Positions 47,540 to 55,960 of a stretch of 64,000 bases of DNA are shown one piece after another. How positions within the stretch are numbered: the stretch's first letter is position 1; each line of letters opens with the position of its first letter. The notes beneath the pieces were generated by a model that searched no databases, was not told the origin of the DNA, and saw only the letters and a list, made by a program, of their open reading frames with translations. A program made the translations under genes and the position numbers. This DNA is from an uncultured Prevotellaceae bacterium (GTDB taxonomy: Bacteria; Bacteroidota; Bacteroidia; Bacteroidales; Bacteroidaceae), in NCBI GenBank assembly GCA_947174565.1, contig CAMWJL010000001.1, positions 3,946-67,945 on the forward strand. Reading direction: 5' to 3'.

Positions 47540-47914
47540 ATGAAAGCAATCAGTACAAAGAAGGCTCCAGGGGCGATAGGCCCTTACAGCCAAGCAATCG
47601 AGGTAGGCAACATGGTTTACACTTCGGGACAATTAGGACTTGACCCTGCCACAGGTGCATTCCCTGAGGGAGGAGTGAAGGAACAGGCACGTCAGTCGCT
47701 CCTGAATGTGAAGGCGATTCTGGAAGAGGCAGGGCTGTCGATGGCTAACGTGGTGAAGACGACCGTGTTCATGGCAGACATGAACGACTTTGCCGACATG
47801 AACAGCGTGTATGCCGACTTCTTCACCGAGCCTTACCCCGCCCGTTCAGCTGTGGCAGTGAAGACACTGCCCAAGAACGCGCTGGTGGAGATTGAGGTGG
47901 TGGCAGCCCGATAG
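47540..47914 (+). CDS. ridA: RidA family protein
   Basis: 124 aa. APGAIGPYSQAIEVGNMVYTSGQ .. ARSAVAVKTLPKNALVEIE. Confidence 0.9.
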   Translation: MKAISTKKAPGAIGPYSQAIEVGNMVYTSGQLGLDPATGAFPEGGVKEQARQSLLNVKAILEEAGLSMANVVKTTVFMADMNDFADMNSVYADFFTEPYPARSAVAVKTLPKNALVEIEVVAAR

Positions 47915-47940
47915 TAGAAACTCACCCCAAAAGCAAGAAC

Positions 47941-48762
47941 ATGAAAAAACTGACAGTCGTGAAGGTGGGGGGCAAAATCGTGGAAGACGAGAACTCCCTG
48001 CAACAACTGCTGAAGGACTTCTCCGCCATCGACGGCGCGAAAGTGCTGGTGCATGGCGGCGGCAGGTCGGCGACCAAAGTGGCGGCACAACTGGGCATTG
48101 AGAGCACCATGATAGGCGGCAGACGGGTGACTGATGCCGACATGCTGAAGGTGGTCACCATGGTGTATGGCGGACTCGTCAACAAGAACATCGTGGCGCG
48201 CCTGCAAGCCTGTGGCATCAATGCGCTGGGGCTGACGGGAGCTGACATGAACGTGATGCGCTCGCACAAGCGTCCCCTGAAGAAGGTGACGATGGACGAC
48301 GGCACGGAGCAGTTAGTGGATTTCGGCTTCGTAGGCGATGTGGATGCGTGCGACGGACAGATGCTCGCCACCCTCATTGGCGAGGGTATCGTGCCTGTGA
48401 TGGCACCGCTGACCCACGACCAGCAAGGCCACCTGCTCAACACCAATGCCGACACCATCGCTGGCACGACCGCCAAAGCCTTGGCACCTTACTTCGACGT
48501 GACCCTCATCTACAGCTTCGAGCACGCAGGTGTGCTGACCGACCCCGACGATGAGACCTCGGTCATCCCCCATATCACAGCCGAGAGCTTCGAGCAACTG
48601 AAAGCCGACGGCATCGTGAGCGGTGGCATGATTCCGAAGATTGAGAACGCCCTCGAAGCCGTCAACGCAGGTGTCGAGAGAGTCATCATCACGAAGGCTG
48701 ACGCCATCGATGGCACCAAGGGGACTGTCATCGACAACACACCCTGCGCCCCCAAGAACTGA
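47941..48762 (+). CDS. argB: Acetylglutamate kinase
   Basis: VVKVGGK, VHGGG and amino-acid-kinase fold blocks. Confidence 0.8.
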   Translation: MKKLTVVKVGGKIVEDENSLQQLLKDFSAIDGAKVLVHGGGRSATKVAAQLGIESTMIGGRRVTDADMLKVVTMVYGGLVNKNIVARLQACGINALGLTGADMNVMRSHKRPLKKVTMDDGTEQLVDFGFVGDVDACDGQMLATLIGEGIVPVMAPLTHDQQGHLLNTNADTIAGTTAKALAPYFDVTLIYSFEHAGVLTDPDDETSVIPHITAESFEQLKADGIVSGGMIPKIENALEAVNAGVERVIITKADAIDGTKGTVIDNTPCAPKN

Positions 48763-48778
48763 CACCCACAACCATGTC

Positions 48779-48842
48779 AGTACTTCTTCTGAAGTACTCC
48801 AGTACTGCTACGAAAGTACTGCAGTACCTCAGAGGAAGTACT
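48779..48842. repeat. Array of six AGTACT/AGTACC hexamers with 14/8-bp alternation (22-bp period) between argB and the ECF sigma gene
   Basis: Hexamers start at 48779, 48793, 48801, 48815, 48823 (AGTACC) and 48837. The array is followed by the direct repeat GCGAACAGAGCGAACAG. Confidence 0.85.
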
Positions 48843-48875
48843 GCAAGCGAACAGAGCGAACAGTCAAGACCAAGC

Positions 48876-49385
48876 ATGCTGGATTTCAAGCGCGACATAC
48901 TGCCCCTGAAGAACATCATCTTCCGCACAGCCCTGCGCATCGTCCTGAACAGGGAGGAGGCGGAGGACATCGTGCAGGACACACTGATGAAGCTGTGGCA
49001 ACGTCGCGACGAACTGGAACAGGTGAAGAACCTGGAGGCCTTTGCCCTCTCCTCAGCCCGAAACCTCGCCATCGACCGCAAGGAACGGATGGAGAACCGC
49101 AACGTGTCGCTGGACGACGAGGCACACAACCGTCCCGATGAAAGCTCGCTCGGCAGCGACAGCCACATCGTGCAGCAAGAAACCCACCACTTCATCACCA
49201 GCATCATCAACTCCCTGCCCGAAAAGCAGCGCACCATCCTGCAACTGAGAGACATCGAAGGAAAAAACTACAAAGAGATTGCCAACCTGTTAAGCATCAC
49301 AGAATCAGACGTAAAGGTATCCCTCTTCCGAGCGAGGAGCGAATTGAAAACAAGAATCCTGCAAAAAAAATCACTTTTCCTGTAA
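48876..49385 (+). CDS. ECF-type RNA polymerase sigma-70 family factor
   Basis: Start chosen at MLDFKRDILPLKNIIFRTAL. Region 2 is EAEDIVQDTLMKLW. Region 4 is LPEKQRTILQLRDIEGKNYKEIANLL. Confidence 0.8.
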   Translation: MLDFKRDILPLKNIIFRTALRIVLNREEAEDIVQDTLMKLWQRRDELEQVKNLEAFALSSARNLAIDRKERMENRNVSLDDEAHNRPDESSLGSDSHIVQQETHHFITSIINSLPEKQRTILQLRDIEGKNYKEIANLLSITESDVKVSLFRARSELKTRILQKKSLFL

Positions 49386-49479
49386 CTTTTCCGCTCCTCA
49401 CCCGTCATACTAATAGAAGGAGGCAAGAAAAGCACCCTTAGGGGCAGCCCCCTCTCATCCAATCCCAAGCACTCACCCA

Positions 49480-50028
49480 ATGATGGATTACAAGTACATA
49501 GAGCAACTGCTGGACAGCTACTTCGCCTGCACCACCACCTTGCAGGAAGAGCAAATCCTGCGCTCGTTCTTCTCACAGGAGGATGTACCTGGTCATCTGG
49601 CTCAGTATGCCGACCTCTTCCACTACGAGGTCATCGCAAAGGAAGAGACCTTGGGCGAGGACTTTGACCAGCGCATGATGGCACGCATCGACGCTGAGAA
49701 GAAGGAACAGACAACGACAGGACACATCGTGGAGATGACCACTTCCCGTCACGCCAAAAGCAAGTTCTTGGGCATCTCGTCCCAAGTCTTCGCCCCCTTC
49801 TTCAAAGCCGCCGCCGTCGTGGCAATGGCTCTCACCATTGGACGTGCCGCCGAGCATGCCATCGGTGAACAAGAAGCCGAGGAGAACCGCAACATTGTGG
49901 CGATAGACCCCTACATCAAATCGAGCGACGTGCAGCAAGCCATCCGCGTGAAGGACGTGAGTCAGGCCGAGACCAAAACCACCAACGACTCCATCCTGAG
50001 CATCGCCACCAAAGACGAGATTCAGTAA
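49480..50028 (+). CDS. Conserved partner of the ECF sigma factor (putative anti-sigma, single TM helix)
   Basis: 182 aa. MMDYKYIEQLLDSYFACTTTLQEEQILRSFF, with a TM helix at FAPFFKAAAVVAMALTIG. The call rests on its position downstream of the sigma gene. Confidence 0.5.
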   Translation: MMDYKYIEQLLDSYFACTTTLQEEQILRSFFSQEDVPGHLAQYADLFHYEVIAKEETLGEDFDQRMMARIDAEKKEQTTTGHIVEMTTSRHAKSKFLGISSQVFAPFFKAAAVVAMALTIGRAAEHAIGEQEAEENRNIVAIDPYIKSSDVQQAIRVKDVSQAETKTTNDSILSIATKDEIQ

Positions 50029-50211
50029 CATCAGGAATTTTGCTTTTACATGTAATATAAACACATCAATGCTTAACTAAACCAAAAACCATCAGGCCCA
50101 AGCTGCGAAGCCCAACGCCTTCCGCCCAGAGGCATCCCCCCTGCGGCAATAAAAGATTGAACAAGGTTCAATTCTCTTTGAAACCAACTTCGTGCTCCAA
50201 GCACGAAAAAA

Positions 50212-50242
50212 GGGGCATCTCGCCACGAGATGCCCCTTTTTT
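50212..50242. terminator. Bidirectional rho-independent terminator
   Basis: An A-run, then GGGGCATCTCG (50212-50222), loop cca, CGAGATGCCCC (50226-50236), then T6. Confidence 0.8.
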
Positions 50243-50289
50243 CTGACACATTGACAAAACCATGATGGCATTGCCGACCCCAAGCAGCT

Positions 50290-50382
50290 CTTCACTATAT
50301 ATTTTACCACTCGAACATCAAAAAGCTTGCAGAAGTCATCTGCCATACAGAATAAATCCGTAACTTTGTCATCGGAGAGCAT
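50290..50382 (-). pseudogene. IS982-family-like transposase 5' fragment (copy c1)
   Basis: Encodes MLSDDKVTDLFCMADDFCKLFD..VKY and then loses similarity. It is homologous at the nucleotide level to 55498-55588 and 62472-62567. Confidence 0.55.
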
Positions 50383-50483
50383 AGCAATTATTATTGGTCA
50401 TTTAGTACAGTAATTTTTGTTAATTGCAAAACTTTCAGACAATTAGATTTCGTCGAACTTACGTTATTTAAGAATTATTATAT

Positions 50484-53462
50484 ATGCTATCAACTATTCT
50501 TTCCATATCACTTTCTAATCCAATAATAATAGCTTTTGTTGTAGTTATGATGATATCAATGGCTATTTACCTAATCCACTTTATCACTTACAAGATTGGC
50601 AAAAACAAGTTTGAAAAGCAGGCAAAAGAATTGGTAGAACAAATCAATACGGCACAGCAGGAACTTGAAACCATGTATATGCCTACGCATTTGCTTACAA
50701 ACAAGGATATTGAAGATTTCCAGACTCAACACCAATCTTTGTTAGCAAACATAGAAGTCCTCAAAAAACACAAATACTATAATGAAGACATTTTTGAAAA
50801 AACAGGCATTGCCTCTTTCATGGTTTCGTTTGCAGACAGCAAGGTTAAGAAAGAAGAAAACAACAAAGTCTATAATGCTCTTGCAGAATTAAAAGACAAT
50901 GCAACAAAAATGATGGATAGCTACCGAGCTTTACTCCATCCGTCACATTACTTTGCTCATTCAGAACTGGAAGACTTTATTAAATCACATAATGAGATTA
51001 AAGACAATATCAACTTCATATTTCCCCAATATGCCCAGTTTGTGACAGATGACGACAGCAAACAACTTCCTTCCATTATACTGCGTATAGAAATAGAACG
51101 TACAGAACATAACAAAAAGTTCATTAAATCAGAAATAGAAACCAATAAACTATATTTTGACCATGTGCTTGGGACATATCCGCTCGACCCACAGCAAAGA
51201 GACTCTATTGTAAAACTCGAAGATAATTGTCTTGTGATAGCCAGTGCTGGAAGCGGTAAAACATCAACCATCGTAGGCAAAGTTAAGTATCTAGTGGAGA
51301 AGCAACATATCAATCCCACAAAGATTCTCATTCTAACCTACACAAAAAAAGCAGCTAACGAATTGTCGTCTCGTATACAGATAGCAGGATTGAATAGCGG
51401 CACGTTTCACAGCCTTGCTTATCACATTATTGCGGAGGTAACAGGTCAAACCCCATCAATATGTAACGCAGATGTACCACTGAATGTATTCCGTAAATTG
51501 ATTATGAAAGATGAGCATTTCCTTAATGCTGTCAATAATTACGTTATTAACTGTCAGTCGTTGATGAAACTGGAACACGACTACATAGATGCTTTTGCTT
51601 ATTTTGAAGACAGAAAAAAATATGGAATACAGGCACTATTCCCCGATATTGACGGAAAGGTAATTTTCACTCGAAGTGAAGAAGAAAAGCGACTTTGTTC
51701 CATCTTAACACGTTTGGGTCTCATGTTTCGATACGAATGTGATTATCCTATCAATACACGGACTCCGGAACGTAGGCAATACAAGCCTGACTTTACAATC
51801 TATTTCAAAGACAGACAAGGCCAGTGGCAGCGTATCTATCTAGAACATTTCGCCATTGACAAAAATGGAAAAACCCCTCGTTGGTTTGGAGAAGGGACAA
51901 AAGGTGGGTGGAAAGTTGCCAACAAAAAATACATTGAGGGTATTGATTGGAAACGAAATACTCATAGGCAGAATGGAACTGTGCTTATAGAAACAACCAG
52001 TGCAGATTTCCACAATGAGTCTGTAGAGCAGAAGCTCATCGACCAGCTATCAAAATATGGTGTAGCTATCAGGCAACGTACAGACAAAGAGCTTTATGAC
52101 ATGTTGATACAGCGTAACCACCAGATGGAAAAAACGGTTTTTACTTTGCTTCTCTCATTTATTACCTTGATGAAAGCCAATGAAAAAACTATCGATGGTT
52201 TGCTTGCAACGTTCAAACCCCAAGATGGTTACATGATGACTCCCAATGAGAAACGCAATAAATACATACTGACAGAGATTGTTAAACCATTTTTCGAGGC
52301 TTATCAAACAGAATTAGAAAAGAACCTTGAGATTGATTTTACTGATGCTATCATTCAAGCGACAGCTCTTTGCCGCGATGGATTATGGAAGCATTATGAT
52401 TATATTTTGGTTGATGAGTTTCAGGATATATCTATAGATAGATACAAACTACTACAAGCATTGCGCTCTAACAAGCCTAAAACCAAACTTTATTGTGTTG
52501 GTGACGACTGGCAATCTATTTTCCGCTTTGCGGGCAGCGACATGGCACTTTTTTATGATTTTGAACAATATTTTGGCTTTACAGAACTTTGTAAAATTGA
52601 AACGACCTATCGCTTTCATCAGCCTCTTATAGACAAATCTTCAGCTTTCATAATGAAGAATCCCGCCCAAAAAGAGAAAAATATAAAAACACCTCAGGGC
52701 GACCTCCAAAAGACATTCCTTAACTTTGTAAAATGTAACTCAAAAAATGATGGCGTATTGAAAAAGGTTGAGGAAATTGTAATGTCCCTGCCTATAAATA
52801 ACACGATTCTTCTCATGGGACGCTATAACTATGATGCAATGTCAATAGGTTTCAAAGGGAAGATTGATTATAGTAACAACCACATTAAGGTAAACATTGC
52901 AGGACGTGACATTTTCTTTTTGTCCATCCACTCAGCAAAGGGGATAGAAGCAGACCATGTAATTCTTATCAACTGTAATCAAGGTGCATATGGTTTTCCC
53001 TCTTTGATAGAAGATGACCCCATATTGGACTTTGTTTTAAGTCGTAGCGAGCAATACCCATTTGCAGAAGAACGCCGTCTTTTTTATGTAGCAATGACCC
53101 GTGCAAAGAAACGGATGTACATTCTATATGACCAACAGCGACCATCACCTTTCATTTGTGAGTTTCTTTTGAAATTAGAAATTGGTTCTCGTCTTTGTCC
53201 AAAGTGTCTTGAAGGTAAGATTGTCCCCATCAAGGATGGCACTTCATCCAATGGAATATCATATCGTTCTTTCACTTGTACTAACAACGAGGCAGGATGT
53301 GATTTCTTTGAAACTCGTTTCGGTGACCTCACTCCGCCTGGTATTCTTGTCACAGAAAATATGACGGCACAAGATATTGAGCATTTGCGTGAAAACCGAC
53401 GGCATACGAAACAAACCGGTGGACACAGATATACCATTACACAGCAAAATCGGTGGACATAG
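50484..53462 (+). CDS. Predicted membrane-anchored UvrD/helicase-IV-like SF1 helicase with an embedded PD-(D/E)xK-like module and a C-terminal zinc ribbon
   Basis: 992 aa. TM helix at about residues 10-32. Helical region to about residue 230. Helicase motifs: I ASAGSGKTST (254-261), II ILVDEFQD (641-648), III VGDDWQSIFRFAGS, then SIHSAKGIEADHVILI, and VI RRLFYVAMTRAKKRMYIL. The insert between motifs I and II contains RSEEEKRL..YKPD436F..IYLE454HFAIDK. Zinc ribbon: C905-x2-C908 ... C932-x6-C939. The gene is visibly AT-rich. Confidence 0.75.
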   Translation: MLSTILSISLSNPIIIAFVVVMMISMAIYLIHFITYKIGKNKFEKQAKELVEQINTAQQELETMYMPTHLLTNKDIEDFQTQHQSLLANIEVLKKHKYYNEDIFEKTGIASFMVSFADSKVKKEENNKVYNALAELKDNATKMMDSYRALLHPSHYFAHSELEDFIKSHNEIKDNINFIFPQYAQFVTDDDSKQLPSIILRIEIERTEHNKKFIKSEIETNKLYFDHVLGTYPLDPQQRDSIVKLEDNCLVIASAGSGKTSTIVGKVKYLVEKQHINPTKILILTYTKKAANELSSRIQIAGLNSGTFHSLAYHIIAEVTGQTPSICNADVPLNVFRKLIMKDEHFLNAVNNYVINCQSLMKLEHDYIDAFAYFEDRKKYGIQALFPDIDGKVIFTRSEEEKRLCSILTRLGLMFRYECDYPINTRTPERRQYKPDFTIYFKDRQGQWQRIYLEHFAIDKNGKTPRWFGEGTKGGWKVANKKYIEGIDWKRNTHRQNGTVLIETTSADFHNESVEQKLIDQLSKYGVAIRQRTDKELYDMLIQRNHQMEKTVFTLLLSFITLMKANEKTIDGLLATFKPQDGYMMTPNEKRNKYILTEIVKPFFEAYQTELEKNLEIDFTDAIIQATALCRDGLWKHYDYILVDEFQDISIDRYKLLQALRSNKPKTKLYCVGDDWQSIFRFAGSDMALFYDFEQYFGFTELCKIETTYRFHQPLIDKSSAFIMKNPAQKEKNIKTPQGDLQKTFLNFVKCNSKNDGVLKKVEEIVMSLPINNTILLMGRYNYDAMSIGFKGKIDYSNNHIKVNIAGRDIFFLSIHSAKGIEADHVILINCNQGAYGFPSLIEDDPILDFVLSRSEQYPFAEERRLFYVAMTRAKKRMYILYDQQRPSPFICEFLLKLEIGSRLCPKCLEGKIVPIKDGTSSNGISYRSFTCTNNEAGCDFFETRFGDLTPPGILVTENMTAQDIEHLRENRRHTKQTGGHRYTITQQNRWT

Positions 53463-53591
53463 ACACATTCCTAATAAATCATTTTGTAGAAATAATTTTT
53501 AGACAATTGACAATCACTAAACTCATATCCAAATTAAGAGATGTACCTTGATTTCAATCAGAGCAAAATAAACAACTATAAATCAATTATT

Positions 53592-54137
53592 ATGATAGAC
53601 CAAATTATTGCTTACAACAAGACGTTCGTGGCGGAAAAGGGCTACGAGAAGTATCTGACGGACAAGTACCCTGACAAGCGGCTGGCGGTGCTTTCGTGTA
53701 TGGACACCCGACTGACGGAGTTGCTTCCTGCTGCGCTCGGCTTGAAGAATGGGGATGCGAAGATTATCAAGAATGCTGGGGGCTTGGTTATTTCGGCTTT
53801 CGATTCTGCCATGCGAAGCCTCGTGGTTGCCATCTATGAGCTGGGCGTGAAGGAGATTATGGTGGTGGCTCACAGCCATTGTGGGGCTTGCCACATGAGC
53901 TACGACCACTTCCATCATGAGATGATTGCGCGTGGCGTGACGGACGAGACGCTCGATACGATTCGCAAGTGCGGCATCGACCTGAACACTTGGCTGGAAG
54001 GATTCAAGGACACGACGGAATCGGTGAAGAAAACGGTCACGACCATCAAGACGCATCCGCTTGTCCCGAAGGATATTGTGGTGCGTGGGTTTATCATTGA
54101 CTCGGAAACGGGCGAATTAAGTGAAGTTGTAGGCTGA
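53592..54137 (+). CDS. Beta-class carbonic anhydrase
   Basis: Start at MIDQIIAYNKTF. Zinc-ligand motifs SCMDTRL and AHSHCGA. Confidence 0.85.
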   Translation: MIDQIIAYNKTFVAEKGYEKYLTDKYPDKRLAVLSCMDTRLTELLPAALGLKNGDAKIIKNAGGLVISAFDSAMRSLVVAIYELGVKEIMVVAHSHCGACHMSYDHFHHEMIARGVTDETLDTIRKCGIDLNTWLEGFKDTTESVKKTVTTIKTHPLVPKDIVVRGFIIDSETGELSEVVG

Positions 54138-54337
54138 TGGATTACTTACCTAAAGACCCAATGATGCTGATGTCGAGCGTCAACATGTTGCTCCGTGACG
54201 AAGAGTATGACACGTTGGAGTCGTTGTGTTGCGCTTTCGACAGAGACCCGCAGGAGGTTAAGAATTGCCTGCTGGAACAGGGATATATCTATAATGAGCA
54301 ACAAAAACAGTTCCGACCCGTCGGATGTGACGCATGA
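54137..54337 (+). CDS. DUF4250 domain-containing protein
   Basis: 66 aa. LPKDPMMLMSSVNMLLRDEEYDTLESLC. Confidence 0.75.
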   Translation: MDYLPKDPMMLMSSVNMLLRDEEYDTLESLCCAFDRDPQEVKNCLLEQGYIYNEQQKQFRPVGCDA

Positions 54338-54376
54338 CGATTCTTGCTTCCACCAAAAGACGAATGATTACAAAAT

Positions 54377-54408
54377 AAGGGCTGATTCCTATCCAGGAGT
54401 CAGCCCTT
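54377..54408. terminator. Hairpin between convergent genes
   Basis: AAGGGCTGA (54377-54385) pairs with TCAGCCCTT (54400-54408). Confidence 0.5.
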
Positions 54409-54459
54409 TGTGGTTATCAGAGGGTCGCCAAACCAACTGATGGAAAGGGAAACATTGTG

Positions 54460-54882
54460 TCACTTGCGCCGAATGATGCGGTTGGTCACACGCTCGGCAG
54501 AGATGACTGTGCCGTCTTCGCCCACGATGTCCACGTTCCACACATGGGTGCTCTTGCCAGCATGAACGAGACGCGCCTTGCCATACACTTTGCCTTCGGT
54601 GGCAGACATGGCAACATGGCTGGCATTCACCTCGGTGCCACACACGGCGAGCGACTCGTCATAGTGGGTAAGATGAAGCGAACCGACCCCTGCAATGGTC
54701 TCCGCCAACGTGAGCGAGGCACCTCCGTGGAGAATGCCCAGATACTGACGTGTGGAAGGAGAGATAGGCATTTCAGCCACAGCGAAGTCGTCATCGGTAG
54801 GGATGAAGCGAATGCCCAAAGCCTCAATCATCGTTCCCTGCATGCGGGAATGGAGGAAATCACACTCTTGTTGAGTCAACAC
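54460..54882 (-). CDS. PaaI-family hotdog-fold thioesterase
   Basis: 140 aa. LGIRFI..LHGGASLTLAETIAG. Confidence 0.8.
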   Translation of the reverse strand: MLTQQECDFLHSRMQGTMIEALGIRFIPTDDDFAVAEMPISPSTRQYLGILHGGASLTLAETIAGVGSLHLTHYDESLAVCGTEVNASHVAMSATEGKVYGKARLVHAGKSTHVWNVDIVGEDGTVISAERVTNRIIRRK

Positions 54883-54912
54883 AATGCCATTTACGATTTA
54901 ATCATTTACAAC

Positions 54913-55413
54913 TTACTGACGATAAGGTCCATATTCATTGTCACGCTCTTGACTGCCCAACAATGTGAAGACGAACAGTACGATGCCTCCGACATAAGGG
55001 ACAAGAGCCAGCCAATACCACCATCCGCTTCTGCCTGTATCATGCAGCCTTCTTACGAAAACAGATATTGCAGGACATACCACGCTAAGAGCCACAAGTC
55101 CATAGACGACACATGTAACACTCATTGTAATATCCCTATCCCCACCAGAGAACAATGCTCCAAGTATTCCACCTACGATAGCACCAGCTATGAGGACTAA
55201 AAAATAAAACAACGCAAAGTACCAGTACTCGCTTCTTGTCGCCCTCCCTTCAAAGGACGCATACTTCTCTTTCAGGCAAATACGTACAGCATCACGGAAA
55301 CCGATGCTACCCCCCCCAATGTGACATTGGCATGCTTCTAATTGGTTGCCACATTTGCAGCAGACCTGAGCGTTGTCTGCATTAACCGCATTGCAGTGGT
55401 TACAAATCTTCAT
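54913..55413 (-). CDS. DUF805 membrane protein with an N-terminal zinc ribbon
   Basis: CNHC..CCKC ribbon and RATRSEYWYFALF (DUF805 signature), plus TM helices. A C8 run lies on the plus strand within codons HIGGGS. Confidence 0.75.
   Translation of the reverse strand: MKICNHCNAVNADNAQVCCKCGNQLEACQCHIGGGSIGFRDAVRICLKEKYASFEGRATRSEYWYFALFYFLVLIAGAIVGGILGALFSGGDRDITMSVTCVVYGLVALSVVCPAISVFVRRLHDTGRSGWWYWLALVPYVGGIVLFVFTLLGSQERDNEYGPYRQ
55310..55317 (-). repeat. G8 homopolymer (T-G8-TAG module, minus strand) inside the DUF805 gene
   Basis: The plus strand reads ctaCCCCCCCCaat. The gene strand reads ATT GGG GGG GGT AGC. G9 would give GGG TAG. Confidence 0.9.
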
Positions 55414-55497
55414 AATAGTTCAGTGTTTTTAAGTTGTTTGACAATATGGTGATGAGTGACAAGCGTGGTAACTTATGTGTCAACAACTATCACTGCA

Positions 55498-55588
55498 CCC
55501 ACCGAGGGCAAAGTTACTGATATTTCTTGTATTGCAAATGACTTCCACAAGTTTTTTTGACATCCCGATAGCAAAATATATGGTGAAA
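55498..55588 (+). pseudogene. IS982-family-like transposase 5' fragment (copy c2, frameshifted)
   Basis: Encodes TEGKVTDISCIANDFHKFF*. A T7 run replaces the T6 of copy c3 and creates a stop. On the opposite strand it reads TTTG-N18-TAacTTTG (55509-55538), facing the DUF805 gene. Confidence 0.55.
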
Positions 55589-55874
55589 GGTTGTTATAGC
55601 CCCTCTGTTTAAGACGCACCTTTCACAAAGACATCTCCAAGGATGCTGGAATATGCCCCGATGATGCTACATACAACTTTCCCAAAAGCTGTGAAACTTC
55701 TCTATTTAGGGCATCATTAAAGGAATTAAAGAAACGCACTTTGGGGTAGTCTCTTACAGGCTATATTAGTGTTTTTATAGTTTCCAAATGGCAAAGCCCC
55801 AATATCAATAAATGAATTAAATTGCAAGAAAAATCCAATATAGATTGAGTTTACAAAAAAATCTCTTACAAAAT

Positions 55875-55905
55875 TTTGCAGATTCAAGAATACTTCATAA
55901 CTTTG
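55875..55905 (+). promoter_or_regulatory. Canonical Bacteroidota promoter (TTTG-N19-TAacTTTG)
   Basis: TTTG at 55875-55878 and TAacTTTG at 55898-55905. It would start a plus-strand transcript at about 55912 that runs into the structured element. Confidence 0.55.
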
Positions 55906-55960
55906 AAGCGGTATTCTTTGGAGTATCATTTATAAACGAAGAAGCGTTTTGCTTATCTCT

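Noticed and set aside
48774-48875. N-terminal extension of the ECF sigma factor (ORF called from 48774)
   Set aside because: The extension is the translation of the AGTACT repeat array (..KYSSTATKVLQYLRGSTAS..). Sigma region 2 homology starts shortly after the internal Met at 48876. I chose 48876 as the start, but this is not proven.
50150-50180. tRNA-like T-arm (GGTTCAATTC) as a possible integration site for the helicase island
   Set aside because: The flanking sequence cannot form acceptor, D or anticodon stems. It is only a short TTGAAC/GTTCAA hairpin.
50092-50382. 96-aa minus-strand ORF as a real gene
   Set aside because: Only the first 32 or so codons resemble anything (an IS982-like N-terminus). 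The rest reads through a bidirectional terminator hairpin (50212-50242). I treat it as a gene fragment.
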